This document shows positions 17,139 through 26,988 of a stretch of DNA of 40,594 bases, piece after piece. The stretch is from a virus (Duplodnaviria; Caudoviricetes), in IMG/VR virus record IMGVR_UViG_3300026543_000028, positions 1 to 40,594 of that record; one strand, given 5' to 3'. Every line of letters begins with the position of its first letter. Position 1 is the first letter of the stretch. A program made the position numbers and the translations under genes. The notes beneath the pieces were generated by a model. The model made no database searches. It saw only the letters and a program-made list of their open reading frames with translations, and had not been told where the DNA came from.

Positions 17139-17358
17139 ATACAGATACGTAGGCGATAAAGAAGCGCCTGAATCAACTAAATTAATGGGGAAGGTTCGAT
17201 TTAAGAAAGGCGGTCCTTTTGTAGAAGTAACTGATCCGAGAATTCTCACGAAACTAGCCGGCGGTATGGCTGGCTTTATCTCTGAAGAAGATGAAAAGGC
17301 CAAGAAATCAGCCAAGAAAAGCAAAGCGGCTAAAAAGAAAGCAGCCAAGGTAAAGTAA
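17131..17358 (+). CDS. Small virion-region protein with Lys/Ala tail
   Basis: AKKSAKKSKAAKKKAAKVK C-terminus; GAGGA RBS. Confidence 0.7.
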   Translation: MAKYRYVGDKEAPESTKLMGKVRFKKGGPFVEVTDPRILTKLAGGMAGFISEEDEKAKKSAKKSKAAKKKAAKVK

Positions 17359-17712
17359 TTGACTACTCTTGCCGTCGTAAGGAACACCGCCGCTGGTCTA
17401 TTGGGCAAACACCGATTAGGCCAAGCGATCAACTCTAGTCTGAAAACAAGGCTAGATTTGTCCTATGACTTTGTTTATGCCGATTTAAAGGATAGAAAAA
17501 TCGTAACATGGGCAAAGGCGGCGAATACTACAATTCCTGATAGCGTAGCACAGCATGTTTCTGCGTTAATGGCCTTTGAGGCGACTAATGAGATAGGTGT
17601 CTCAAGAGATAGAATGCAGAGAATACGCGAAAAAGAAGCCTTGGCCATCCCGGCGATTGCGAGAATTTCAAAACCAGATTACGAGTCTATCGATGACCCC
17701 CAGGATTTCTAA
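17359..17712 (+). CDS. Head-to-tail adaptor (P22 gp4 position)
   Basis: Helical 117-aa protein directly before the gp10-like gene. Confidence 0.6.
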   Translation: MTTLAVVRNTAAGLLGKHRLGQAINSSLKTRLDLSYDFVYADLKDRKIVTWAKAANTTIPDSVAQHVSALMAFEATNEIGVSRDRMQRIREKEALAIPAIARISKPDYESIDDPQDF

Positions 17713-19145
17713 TGGCCTATTTAGCAGTTGGACTTGCGGGTGGCTCACATCGACACACTGATTTAAGTCTCACTGCTCAACGCACTATTAATTACTTCCC
17801 TCAACACCAAGAGGCAGGTAATGAAAAATCCCCTTTTATCCTCGAATCCTTCTATGGTTTAAAACCCTTCGCAACGGCCACAGGGCTTAATAGAGGGATG
17901 TTTGAGCACCTAGGTATCCTTTATAAATTAAATGGTACTACGCTGTCCTCAGTGTCCTCTACAGGCGTTTTCACGACATTAGACGCAGGAACTATTGTAG
18001 GAGATTCCAGAGCTGTCTTTGACGGGATTGGAACGAGTATTGTCATTGTGGCTGATAATGTGGCGTATGAATGGAATGGATCCACGCTAACTACAGGCAC
18101 TGATGTTGATTTTGAAACCCCTCAAACTGTGACAGTGTTAAACAATCAAGCTATTTACGATGGAGACAATGGACGGTTTACCATTTCTGATGTAGGTCTT
18201 CCGTTAACGATTAATGCGTTGAATTTTGGCACGGCTGAATCGAAGGCAGATGCGTTAATCAGACCGTTTGCTTTAGGCACCATTGTGTTCATGTTTGGCA
18301 CTAAGACTATTGAACAATGGTGGAATAACGGTACGGGGACGCCGCCTTTTACAAGAATTGAAGACGGGACTATCAGAGTAGGGTTAGGCGCTCAAAATAC
18401 TGTCGCAGTGGATGATGAGGTTATTTACTTTTTTGCTGACGACAATCAGGTGTATACGTTAAACGGTTCCATTCCTACTCCTTTACTGCCATTAACGATA
18501 GTTCGAGAAATACGCAAGTTCACGACCAAGACTGATGCGGTTGCCTGGACTATGCAAATAGATGCGCAGTGGTTTTATGTATTGAAGTTCCCTTCAGCGG
18601 ATAGGACGTTTGTGTATCCCAAACCGAATCCAGGTTTAGCGGCTAGAGGGATTAGAGGAGAGTGGTTTGAATTGTCTTCAGGAGTGGATGGGGGTAGATA
18701 TTTAGGTGATAGCCATGCGTTTGCTTTTGGCAAGCATTTAATTGCAGATGAATTGGGGAACATTTTAGAACTAGATGAAGATACGTTCGATGAGGATGGA
18801 GCAGTTATTCGACGTTCAAGAGTGTTAGCCCCTATTCACGGAGGGATATTCGGCCAACCCGGAAGGCCGGTAGAGATTAGTTTCTTTAAATTAATCGGCG
18901 CTACGGGTAAAGGTCTTTTGACGGGACAGGGTTCTGACCCTGAAGTTATTTTACAATACTCTCAAGATGGGGAGAACTTCAGCACAGAAATACGCGGTGA
19001 CGTGGGTAAGTTAGGCACACAGACTGTGATCATTTTTGAAATAGGTGAGACGTTTGAGACGTGGGTTTTTAGAATCATTTCAACAGATCCTATTTACTCC
19101 AATTGGCATGAAGCAGGTATAGAAGCGGAGCTAGGTATAATATGA
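17712..19145 (+). CDS. P22 gp10-like tail hub / DNA stabilisation protein
   Basis: QRTINYFP, TAESKAD, MFGTKTIEQW, PEVILQYSQDG; 477 aa beta-propeller pattern. Confidence 0.85.
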   Translation: MAYLAVGLAGGSHRHTDLSLTAQRTINYFPQHQEAGNEKSPFILESFYGLKPFATATGLNRGMFEHLGILYKLNGTTLSSVSSTGVFTTLDAGTIVGDSRAVFDGIGTSIVIVADNVAYEWNGSTLTTGTDVDFETPQTVTVLNNQAIYDGDNGRFTISDVGLPLTINALNFGTAESKADALIRPFALGTIVFMFGTKTIEQWWNNGTGTPPFTRIEDGTIRVGLGAQNTVAVDDEVIYFFADDNQVYTLNGSIPTPLLPLTIVREIRKFTTKTDAVAWTMQIDAQWFYVLKFPSADRTFVYPKPNPGLAARGIRGEWFELSSGVDGGRYLGDSHAFAFGKHLIADELGNILELDEDTFDEDGAVIRRSRVLAPIHGGIFGQPGRPVEISFFKLIGATGKGLLTGQGSDPEVILQYSQDGENFSTEIRGDVGKLGTQTVIIFEIGETFETWVFRIISTDPIYSNWHEAGIEAELGII

Positions 19146-19327
19146 GTGCGAATCCACCACCAAGACAGATTCCCAACAAGTTATTTAGAGATGCAGAGGA
19201 AAAGGATTTCTACGTCAAATTATTGGCGTCTTTGCGACTGGTTTTTGACAATCAGAGCGGGAATAGAACTTCACCGACTAGTGCGGATGACTTTGCACGA
19301 CGATATTCACTATTGACACATAGATAA
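19142..19327 (+). CDS. Small tail-associated protein
   Basis: NPPPRQIP; coupled overlaps. Confidence 0.65.
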   Translation: MSANPPPRQIPNKLFRDAEEKDFYVKLLASLRLVFDNQSGNRTSPTSADDFARRYSLLTHR

Positions 19328-19668
19328 TGGCATTCCAGGAAAAACAATTAGGACAGAAGAGAGAGAATTCTACTAATGCAGTCTCTGTATATTCTCCTGC
19401 TGCTGAAGTAACAGCGATTATCAGTTCGATTCGTATATGTAACAACACAGGATCGTCGAGAACATTCAGTCTTTTTGTGGATGATGATGGAACGACTTAT
19501 GATGAAAGTACGGCTATTTACTTCAACTCGCCTTTAACAGCGAACGAAACTTTAGCTATTGATGGATTTATGGCAATGAACAACTCTTCAGGTAATTTAG
19601 CTTATAGCTCTAGTTTGGCTAACGCTGTAACGATTACCGTATTTGGAGCGGAGGTTTCCAGTGGTTGA
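19327..19668 (+). CDS. Beta-sandwich virion protein
   Basis: VYSPAA..TAIISSIRICN...ITVFGAE pattern. Confidence 0.7.
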   Translation: MAFQEKQLGQKRENSTNAVSVYSPAAEVTAIISSIRICNNTGSSRTFSLFVDDDGTTYDESTAIYFNSPLTANETLAIDGFMAMNNSSGNLAYSSSLANAVTITVFGAEVSSG

Positions 19669-19954
19669 TACACGCCACCCTCAATTTATTGGCACATCTG
19701 GCGGCGTCTTAAAGGTCGAGACAGAGGTTAGTGCTGATTATCAAGCGGAAGTTACCGATGACATTATTACTTGTACGGGTGATATGAACGTTAATTTCGT
19801 GCCTATTGATAAAGCGATTAAAGAAGTCACTATTGCCTCAACGGATGGAACTGTGACGGTTACGGCAGATGTTCCGATTGAAGAAGGATCGGTAATGACT
19901 CCTGGAACTTCAGAGACTTTCTACATTTCACAGGGCGAATGGCGTCATAAATGA
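19661..19954 (+). CDS. Small beta-rich tail protein
   Basis: GGAGG RBS before GTG 19661; resembles tail needle/fibre C-terminal modules. Confidence 0.6.
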   Translation: MVDTRHPQFIGTSGGVLKVETEVSADYQAEVTDDIITCTGDMNVNFVPIDKAIKEVTIASTDGTVTVTADVPIEEGSVMTPGTSETFYISQGEWRHK

Positions 19955-21567
19955 GCAGACACGACCAAGACCCAGAAATTAGAGGCTTTTACTTTGCCAG
20001 TTCTGGCAGAGATATCTTTGATGGAGCTACAAGACAACGGCCAAAGAGAACACCCCAGGCTGCTATTGATGCCACCGCGAATTTAAGTCCGGTTCCTAGT
20101 TTATTGAACCAGGCGCAAGTCTCTGCTGCTCAAGGTGGGAGTTTCAGTGAAGGGTTTGTATTACCTGGATTTGTAAGCTTTGACGCCATGAACGCCATTT
20201 TCTCGGCAAACCAAGCGGTGTCTATTACTTTGGGCGAAGCTCAAATATGTCGCGTCTCTGGAGTAAGAAATAGTAATAATAACAGCACATGTTTTCTGAT
20301 TAATGGGCAGTCGTTAGCGGGTGTCCAGACTTTGTTTTGCGCGGTGGTTGGGGATGATTCCATTGGTTTTGAGATTAAAGGGACGAGTGAAGGTGTTTTC
20401 GTAACGTGCGATAGACTTACTGTGGATGGTGACAGATCCATAGGTCTTAAAATTACCGGGGACTTTGTTGATCCTGTTGACATTGATGGAGATGTTATTT
20501 TGCTCGATGGGGATGATGCGGTATTTGTTGATTTCAACCCTACTAATGCACTAGATACCTGTGTAATCGATATATCTAGCGTCTTCTCCGCTGGAGCAAC
20601 AGTAACTTCAAGAGGGACAAGCAGTTCTACGGCCTATATTGTTAGATCAGGGCATTTGACTATACAGGGCTCGATGCTGATTTCTGATATAGCAATAGAG
20701 GTTAAATCTGGTGCTGAAGCCGATTTACGTCAAGAGACCGCAGTAGGAAATATTATTGTTGATTCTGGCGGTATATTGAATGTTGACATCCTCAATCATG
20801 AAGCCGGAACAGTCACAGTAAATGGAGTAATCAACGGACAGATAGGAAATACTTTCTATGCTCCCAAGACTTTTACTAACAAAGACCCAGATACTACCGC
20901 GCTATTAACCCATTCAGTCACGGGGACTAATGGAGGCGATTCAAGGACTTTCTACACTACTCGTGATCCAAAGACCAATATTACAGGCAATCCCGGTGAT
21001 ATAGCGATTAGAAATAATGGTGAAGATTCTCGTTTTTATCAACATCGCGGAGCATCAAGTAATAACACCGATTGGGTGAACATCAGTGATTCCAAGAGAG
21101 AAATAGTATTACGAGCGTCGAGTTTTGTTAACCAAGTCCCTACAGGACTAGACACGGCCTTGCAAGTTACGTTCGGGGCTGCTCAAGGTAGTGGAAGTGA
21201 CCCTGTTCAAATAGATGCAAGTGGGAATATTACTATTAACGAAACAGGTGAGTATTTTGTAGATGTTGTTTTGCAATATGGAAGGAATAATGCCGGTAAT
21301 GCGGCGTGGTTATTTTTCCGAGTTTTAATTGATGGGACTCAGGTGGGGGATTCTATTTTTGCAAAGTTGGACACGGCTAATAATGATTTTCCTGCTCAGC
21401 TCAGTACAGTTTTTGACTTCACGGCGACTCAGATTATAACGGTAGAATTCATTCGAGACAGCCAGGGATTTAATGATGGTGACTTGATGACTGAAAACCC
21501 CACTGCGGCGGGATGGAATGACTCACCTTCTGCAAGTATTCGTATTAGCCGTAGGGTGTTACTATAA
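19951..21567 (+). CDS. Putative tailspike/receptor-binding protein (beta-helix-like part plus C1q/BclA-like C-terminus)
   Basis: Gly/Val/Ile beta repeats; ITINETGEYFVDV motif. Confidence 0.6.
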   Translation: MSRHDQDPEIRGFYFASSGRDIFDGATRQRPKRTPQAAIDATANLSPVPSLLNQAQVSAAQGGSFSEGFVLPGFVSFDAMNAIFSANQAVSITLGEAQICRVSGVRNSNNNSTCFLINGQSLAGVQTLFCAVVGDDSIGFEIKGTSEGVFVTCDRLTVDGDRSIGLKITGDFVDPVDIDGDVILLDGDDAVFVDFNPTNALDTCVIDISSVFSAGATVTSRGTSSSTAYIVRSGHLTIQGSMLISDIAIEVKSGAEADLRQETAVGNIIVDSGGILNVDILNHEAGTVTVNGVINGQIGNTFYAPKTFTNKDPDTTALLTHSVTGTNGGDSRTFYTTRDPKTNITGNPGDIAIRNNGEDSRFYQHRGASSNNTDWVNISDSKREIVLRASSFVNQVPTGLDTALQVTFGAAQGSGSDPVQIDASGNITINETGEYFVDVVLQYGRNNAGNAAWLFFRVLIDGTQVGDSIFAKLDTANNDFPAQLSTVFDFTATQIITVEFIRDSQGFNDGDLMTENPTAAGWNDSPSASIRISRRVLL

Positions 21568-21582
21568 GGATTAGGTGGAATT

Positions 21583-23790
21583 ATGGCACATAACAGCGAC
21601 ACTCAAACCCAAGGCGGGCTCAGCGACACTGGTTTTTTTGACTGGGCGGCGATTCTTGATGCTGTGCTGAGAGCTGATACTGAAGGACAGTTCACCGCAG
21701 CAGAGGCTAGATTTGAGGCTTTGCGTAGATCAGTAGACGAAATAGTGAATGCTGGCCTCCCCCCTCAAGAAAGAGCTAATGCTACCGCCCAATTAATGCG
21801 AGACTCTGGTTTTAGCGCACGTGCTATATCACAAGTCTCTGGCCTTCCTTTCGCTGAAATAGAAAACGAATTAAGGGTAAGAGGTTTTGATGTCAGTGGA
21901 AATCAAATCTCTACTGCCACTATCGGCGACGCCACAGGTGCAGCAACAGGCCCAAGTCTAGCGGACCTCAACCAAGCAGCAACATCTACAACCGCTATTA
22001 ATGTCAACGCGGGTCTTGATAACGTATTCGACCCTAATATATTGACTGATGGAACTAAAACTGACGCTCAGATCAATCAAGACATCCAAAACATTATTAA
22101 CCAGGGCGGTGGTGAGACAGTTGTTAATGAAAAGATAGGCGAATACGCTAAAAACAACAATATTAACGATACTGATATTCAGCGATCAACAGGCTCTAAC
22201 ACAGCGGGTTTGATTGCTGCTGCTGTAGCGGGGGGTCTTGTCACTGCTGCTGCGACTGCTGGAACTACAACTACTCCTACAACTACTCCTGCAACGACTG
22301 GCACGACCACAGGCACTACAACCACAGGAACTACTGACGGAGGCTTTCTAATACCGCTTTTGGGTCTTTTAGGCTCTATAGGCAGTACTGTTCTACAATC
22401 TCAAGCTGCTCAAGATGCTGCTAATGCCCAATCAGAAGCCGCACAACGCGCTCTGGACATCTTTGAAAAGAATGCAGGCATTGCCACTGCTAAACTAGAA
22501 ACAACCACTGGCGAGGCTATATCGACCTTAGAAGCGGGTGAGGCAGCAGCACGGGGAGATATTACCGGGGGTACTCAAGCAGCGATTGAAGCACAACGCA
22601 CAGGCGCGGTAACAGGCAGAGCAGATATCATTGCTGGCAGAGATCAGGCTAGGACTGATTTAATCGAAGCCTTTGGACTTCAGCAAGATGAGATTAACAC
22701 AGCCGCAGCGGCTTCGAGTGGGTTTATCAGTGAAGCCAGAGAAACGGCGGTTAGTGCTATTAACAGAGGGTTTGGAGAAGGGATTTCTTCGGTTAAGTCT
22801 GCTAGAGACCTTGCTAACGGTATTATTCAAAGCTCCACGACAGTAGCAGAGGAAAAACTTGATCTTGCAAGAGCGGGCGCAGTAGCAGCCCAAGATAGAG
22901 GATTATCCGCAGTAAGAAGTGATTTTCAGCCTTTCTTAGACGCTGGGCAAGTGACTATAGAAGGTCTTGAGAGGTTGGTTAACGACCCTGAGACACAGAG
23001 ACAGTTTTTACTTGATAACCCATTTTTCGATGAAATCGCGAATCAGACCGAACGCAGACTATTAGCTAATCAAGCCGCGAGAGGAAGGGTAGGGACTGGC
23101 GGGACTCAACTAGAATTAAGAAACAGGCTTTTAGAAGCTGGCAATCAGTTATTAAATACGGCCATTAACCAAAGACTCGCGGTAGTGGGTGTAGGTCAAC
23201 AGGCAGCGGGTTCTATAGCAACAGCAGAATTAAACAGAGCGAATGCGGTTTCAGCGATTGAACAGACTATAGGCACTTCTTTAGCGGATTTAGTCGAACA
23301 GGCCGGTGTTAATAGAGCGAACATACAAACCCAAGCGGGTAGGGATATTGCGAATCTCCAAGCCACAGAAGGCGAAAGAGTTGCAGGGGTTGAAACCGGC
23401 GCGGCGAGAGATTTAGCGACCATTGAGACAACCAGGGGCGGAGATGTATCGGCTGCTATTGCAGAGAATGCCCGACAAATCGCAGCGGGTGAAAGAGTTG
23501 CCGGAGGTCAATTAGCAGACATCGCAACGACTACAGGAATTAACGAAGCCAATATATTAGGCGCTGAAGGGGTTAATTTAGCGAATATAGCGACAGGAGC
23601 GGCGGCGGGAACCTCTACTTTACAGGCTGCTGAAGGGGTCAATGTCGCCAATATTTTGACGGGTGAAGCGGCTAACATTGCTGATGTAACACAGACTCAA
23701 GGTGAATCGGTAGCCGCAGGAATAATAGGCAAGACTAACGCGATTACGAGTGGAATTACTGATCTTACTAACTTAGTTGGAGTGATCTAA
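21583..23790 (+). CDS. DNA ejection/pilot protein (P22 gp7-like, extended)
   Basis: Hydrophobic helix then SQAAQDAANAQ, FQPFLDAG, NQAARGRVGTGGT; 11-residue repeats. Confidence 0.75.
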   Translation: MAHNSDTQTQGGLSDTGFFDWAAILDAVLRADTEGQFTAAEARFEALRRSVDEIVNAGLPPQERANATAQLMRDSGFSARAISQVSGLPFAEIENELRVRGFDVSGNQISTATIGDATGAATGPSLADLNQAATSTTAINVNAGLDNVFDPNILTDGTKTDAQINQDIQNIINQGGGETVVNEKIGEYAKNNNINDTDIQRSTGSNTAGLIAAAVAGGLVTAAATAGTTTTPTTTPATTGTTTGTTTTGTTDGGFLIPLLGLLGSIGSTVLQSQAAQDAANAQSEAAQRALDIFEKNAGIATAKLETTTGEAISTLEAGEAAARGDITGGTQAAIEAQRTGAVTGRADIIAGRDQARTDLIEAFGLQQDEINTAAAASSGFISEARETAVSAINRGFGEGISSVKSARDLANGIIQSSTTVAEEKLDLARAGAVAAQDRGLSAVRSDFQPFLDAGQVTIEGLERLVNDPETQRQFLLDNPFFDEIANQTERRLLANQAARGRVGTGGTQLELRNRLLEAGNQLLNTAINQRLAVVGVGQQAAGSIATAELNRANAVSAIEQTIGTSLADLVEQAGVNRANIQTQAGRDIANLQATEGERVAGVETGAARDLATIETTRGGDVSAAIAENARQIAAGERVAGGQLADIATTTGINEANILGAEGVNLANIATGAAAGTSTLQAAEGVNVANILTGEAANIADVTQTQGESVAAGIIGKTNAITSGITDLTNLVGVI

Positions 23791-25124
23791 TGGTTGATAC
23801 ACGAATTCCATTAGCGGGTAGACAGACAGACGTTTTGGCTAATTTGTCTGAACAAACTCGTTTAAAGAGCGTTACTGAGAGTAATCTAGCCAGCGCAGCA
23901 CAACAGCGCCAGTTAACGGGTCAAACAATTCAAGCCCAGCAAAGACAACTAAACGCACCTGAGTTAGCAAGTATCTTTATGGATGTTGAAGCTATTCCTG
24001 TTTTATTGGACGGGGGTAAATCAAAAGAAGCGGGCCAGGTAGGTATTTTACTCAGTGATCGACTACGTGCGGCTGGATTAGAGAGTTCTGCTACTCAATT
24101 AGATAGAGTATTGGGATTAGCGGTAGAAGATCCTGTAGCGGCAAGTGCATTCATTAAAGAGAACTACTTACCTGCGTTAAGAACTGCCATGCCTGAGGTG
24201 ATGCGTCAAGTTTCTGACGCTCAGGGTAATCCTGTGTTTGAGAACTTGGGTACTGGAGAAAGAGAACAGCCTCAGAGAATTCCTAGAAGTGAGATTACTA
24301 CTCAAGGTCAGATTGTTGAGCAAGGGCCTACGGGTCCGGTAGCGACAGATATAGGAGGATTTAGGGCTGCTCCTCCAGGTCAGGCCGATGCTCCTAGCGC
24401 TGTAAGAGAATTTCAGTTTTTCCAACAGTTGAATAAAGCCGACCAAGAAAGATTTCTCACGGTTAAGAGAGCGAATCCTACTGTTGATTTAGGCGACGTA
24501 GTTGCTCGGTTGAGCCAAGTTCCCGGAGAAGATCCAATAGAAGTATTAGAGAAAGAATTAGCCCCAAGAGATGTACCTGCGGCAGTGTCTGAAAGAGAAA
24601 CAGCACAACAAACTGCAAGGTTAGGCGCTCAGAGAGCTTTTGATGCAGGTGCGGAGCGTGGTGTTGCTAATAATATTAAAGCCAGCACAGACACTATGAT
24701 TGCTGCTATTGACAACATACTTGAGCATCCAGGACTTGCTACTGCTACTGGACTTTCAGGCACTATCGATCCCAGAGTCATTATCCCAGGCACCCAAGCA
24801 AGCGATGTACGATTATTGATTAACCAATTAAAAGATAGAATCTTTGTCGAGTCGTTAAACAATATCAGGGCGCAATCTCAAACCGGTGGCGCTGTGGGTC
24901 AGGTCTCAGATAGAGAAGGTGGTAGGTTAGAGAATATGATGGGTGCTTTGGCTAGGAATTTAAGTGATGAGGAATTTCTCTCTCAGTTGAAGTTAATTAA
25001 ACAAACTGCCCAAAATACAGCTAAATTAGCTGAAGAAGCCTTTGAATCTCAGTTTGGTGATATCAATCTCACTGGAGATACTGAGTTAGATATTATTCTG
25101 CAACAAATTGATGCGTTGAACTAA
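23790..25124 (+). CDS. DNA ejection protein (P22 gp20-like)
   Basis: PSAVREFQF, HPGL..ATG, GAVGQVSDREG motifs. Confidence 0.7.
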   Translation: MVDTRIPLAGRQTDVLANLSEQTRLKSVTESNLASAAQQRQLTGQTIQAQQRQLNAPELASIFMDVEAIPVLLDGGKSKEAGQVGILLSDRLRAAGLESSATQLDRVLGLAVEDPVAASAFIKENYLPALRTAMPEVMRQVSDAQGNPVFENLGTGEREQPQRIPRSEITTQGQIVEQGPTGPVATDIGGFRAAPPGQADAPSAVREFQFFQQLNKADQERFLTVKRANPTVDLGDVVARLSQVPGEDPIEVLEKELAPRDVPAAVSERETAQQTARLGAQRAFDAGAERGVANNIKASTDTMIAAIDNILEHPGLATATGLSGTIDPRVIIPGTQASDVRLLINQLKDRIFVESLNNIRAQSQTGGAVGQVSDREGGRLENMMGALARNLSDEEFLSQLKLIKQTAQNTAKLAEEAFESQFGDINLTGDTELDIILQQIDALN

Positions 25125-26986
25125 TGGCCGATCCGATTAACAGATTACGCACGTTTCTAGAGGAGAATACCGATAAAAAGGGAACTCCTTTGTATGACCG
25201 TGCCTTATTAAAACTGAATGAATTGGTTGAGAAATCTTTCGAGGGTTCATTTGAGACACCATTAGCTGAAGTAAAAGCAAGAGAGTTGGCTACCAGAGAG
25301 GTAGTGGATTTTGGCACCTTTGCTATGGCAACTCCCGCAGGAAGGTTTATAGAGGGTGTTGCTGATATTCCCTTAGGCGCAGCGCAGTTTATCTCCGAGT
25401 CTTTGGGTTTTGATCAGGTTACTAATTTCCTAAGAGACAGAGAGCAGAGGATTTCCGCTGGTAGAGAAGCTGTGAGCGTGGCTGAGGGCGGTGAATTAGG
25501 TGAGCAGGGTTTTGACGTTCCCAGATTAGCAGGAACCATTGCAGCAGGAACTGGGGCTGTTAAAGGTGTTCAAGCGGCCGCTACTATACCTGGAAGAATT
25601 GCCCAAGGAGCTGGAATAGGTGCTGTTATTGGCGCTACCACGCCTGCTGTTTCTGAAGACGTATCGGCAGAAAAGGCTGGTCAAATAACGGCAGGCGCAG
25701 TAACTGGTGGGCTTTTCCCTGCTGTTACGGGTGCTATTGGCGGAGCGTTTAGAAAAGGCAGAGATGTCCTTAGTTCACTTGTGCCCGGTGGTGCTGAAAG
25801 AAGTGTTAGACGAGTTGCTACTGAAGCGGTGGGCGGTGATGTTCAACCTGTCGTTAGGGAATTAAGGGCCGGTGGAACGACTGAACAAGCGATAGGAAGA
25901 GCCCAGGAACCTACTTTAGCCGCCTTATCACGAGGAGCAGCCACAAGAGCCCCACGAGAGACCGTTCAGAGGGTATCGCAGGAGAATACAGAGCGAATAG
26001 CGGCTATTAGGCAGTCTGGTGGGGGGTCGGCTACAGAGCCCTTAGAAGCGACTGTACAGGCTGCTAGACAGACCAGACAGGAAGTAACAGAACCTTTATT
26101 TACTCAAGCGTCTCAATCTCAAGTACCTGTGACGTTAACCGGAACTCAAAAAGTGATTGATAGGATGATTTCGCAAGATCCTAATAACAGAAAATTAATC
26201 CCTGCTTTGAATGAGATTAAACAGACTTTGGCGGGAGATTCGGCACAAGAAGTGATAAGTGCTTCGAGAAATATTGGGATTATGATTTCTGAAAGGGGGC
26301 CTAACGGTATTCCTGTTAACGAGGCGATTGTTAGACAGTTGACAAGAGTTAAGAAGGTTCTCGATGATGAGATAGGCAGCGCGAATCCTCGCTTTAGAGA
26401 AGCCAACGAGTTATTTTCTGAACTGTCTAAACCTGTTAATAAGGCTGAGATTGCCCAAAGATTAGAACAGAGATTAACCTCTCCATTAGCAGGAGAAGAA
26501 GCAAGTGTTCTTCAACAACGAAGTGCTCAGTTTGCTTCTGCGTTGGATGATGAGAGAAAACTAATCGCCCAGGCTACAGGATTTAAACGTGGGACTGGAT
26601 TAGATGACATCTTTAGTGAAGAAGAATTAGTTAAGTTGGGTAATGTTTCGGACAGATTGAGTAGTGATGCTGAATTTGCCCGACTGGCGACTTTAGGCAC
26701 TCCTGAAGCTAACCGATTGATCCAAGGTCTACAACCTCCCAAACCTATAGGGATGCTGGATCGTGCCATAGTGATTATTAAAGGCATTCTGACTAAAGTA
26801 GGGACAGCGACAGAGGAAGCTACTTTAAAGAAAGCGGCTGAAATCTTCCAAGACCCCAATAGATTAGCTACTTTGTTAGAATCGGCAGATAGTCGAAGTG
26901 TATCGGCTTTAAAACGAGTACTTAACGCAATACCTTTTGAAGACCTCGCCAGGACAGCCCCGGCGATAACAGCAGCGAGACAATAG
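25124..26986 (+). CDS. DNA ejection protein (P22 gp16 position)
   Basis: Gly/Ala-rich hydrophobic helices; third gene of the ejection trio. Confidence 0.65.
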   Translation: MADPINRLRTFLEENTDKKGTPLYDRALLKLNELVEKSFEGSFETPLAEVKARELATREVVDFGTFAMATPAGRFIEGVADIPLGAAQFISESLGFDQVTNFLRDREQRISAGREAVSVAEGGELGEQGFDVPRLAGTIAAGTGAVKGVQAAATIPGRIAQGAGIGAVIGATTPAVSEDVSAEKAGQITAGAVTGGLFPAVTGAIGGAFRKGRDVLSSLVPGGAERSVRRVATEAVGGDVQPVVRELRAGGTTEQAIGRAQEPTLAALSRGAATRAPRETVQRVSQENTERIAAIRQSGGGSATEPLEATVQAARQTRQEVTEPLFTQASQSQVPVTLTGTQKVIDRMISQDPNNRKLIPALNEIKQTLAGDSAQEVISASRNIGIMISERGPNGIPVNEAIVRQLTRVKKVLDDEIGSANPRFREANELFSELSKPVNKAEIAQRLEQRLTSPLAGEEASVLQQRSAQFASALDDERKLIAQATGFKRGTGLDDIFSEEELVKLGNVSDRLSSDAEFARLATLGTPEANRLIQGLQPPKPIGMLDRAIVIIKGILTKVGTATEEATLKKAAEIFQDPNRLATLLESADSRSVSALKRVLNAIPFEDLARTAPAITAARQ

Positions 26987-26988
26987 AA

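Noticed and set aside
19661-19674. Shared start TGGTTGATACACG (MVDTR) with the gene at 23790
   Set aside because: 13-nt match with no further similarity; probably chance
22200-22340. ACT/ACA and GCT trinucleotide-like repeats
   Set aside because: Explained by Thr/Ala codons of the pilot-protein linker
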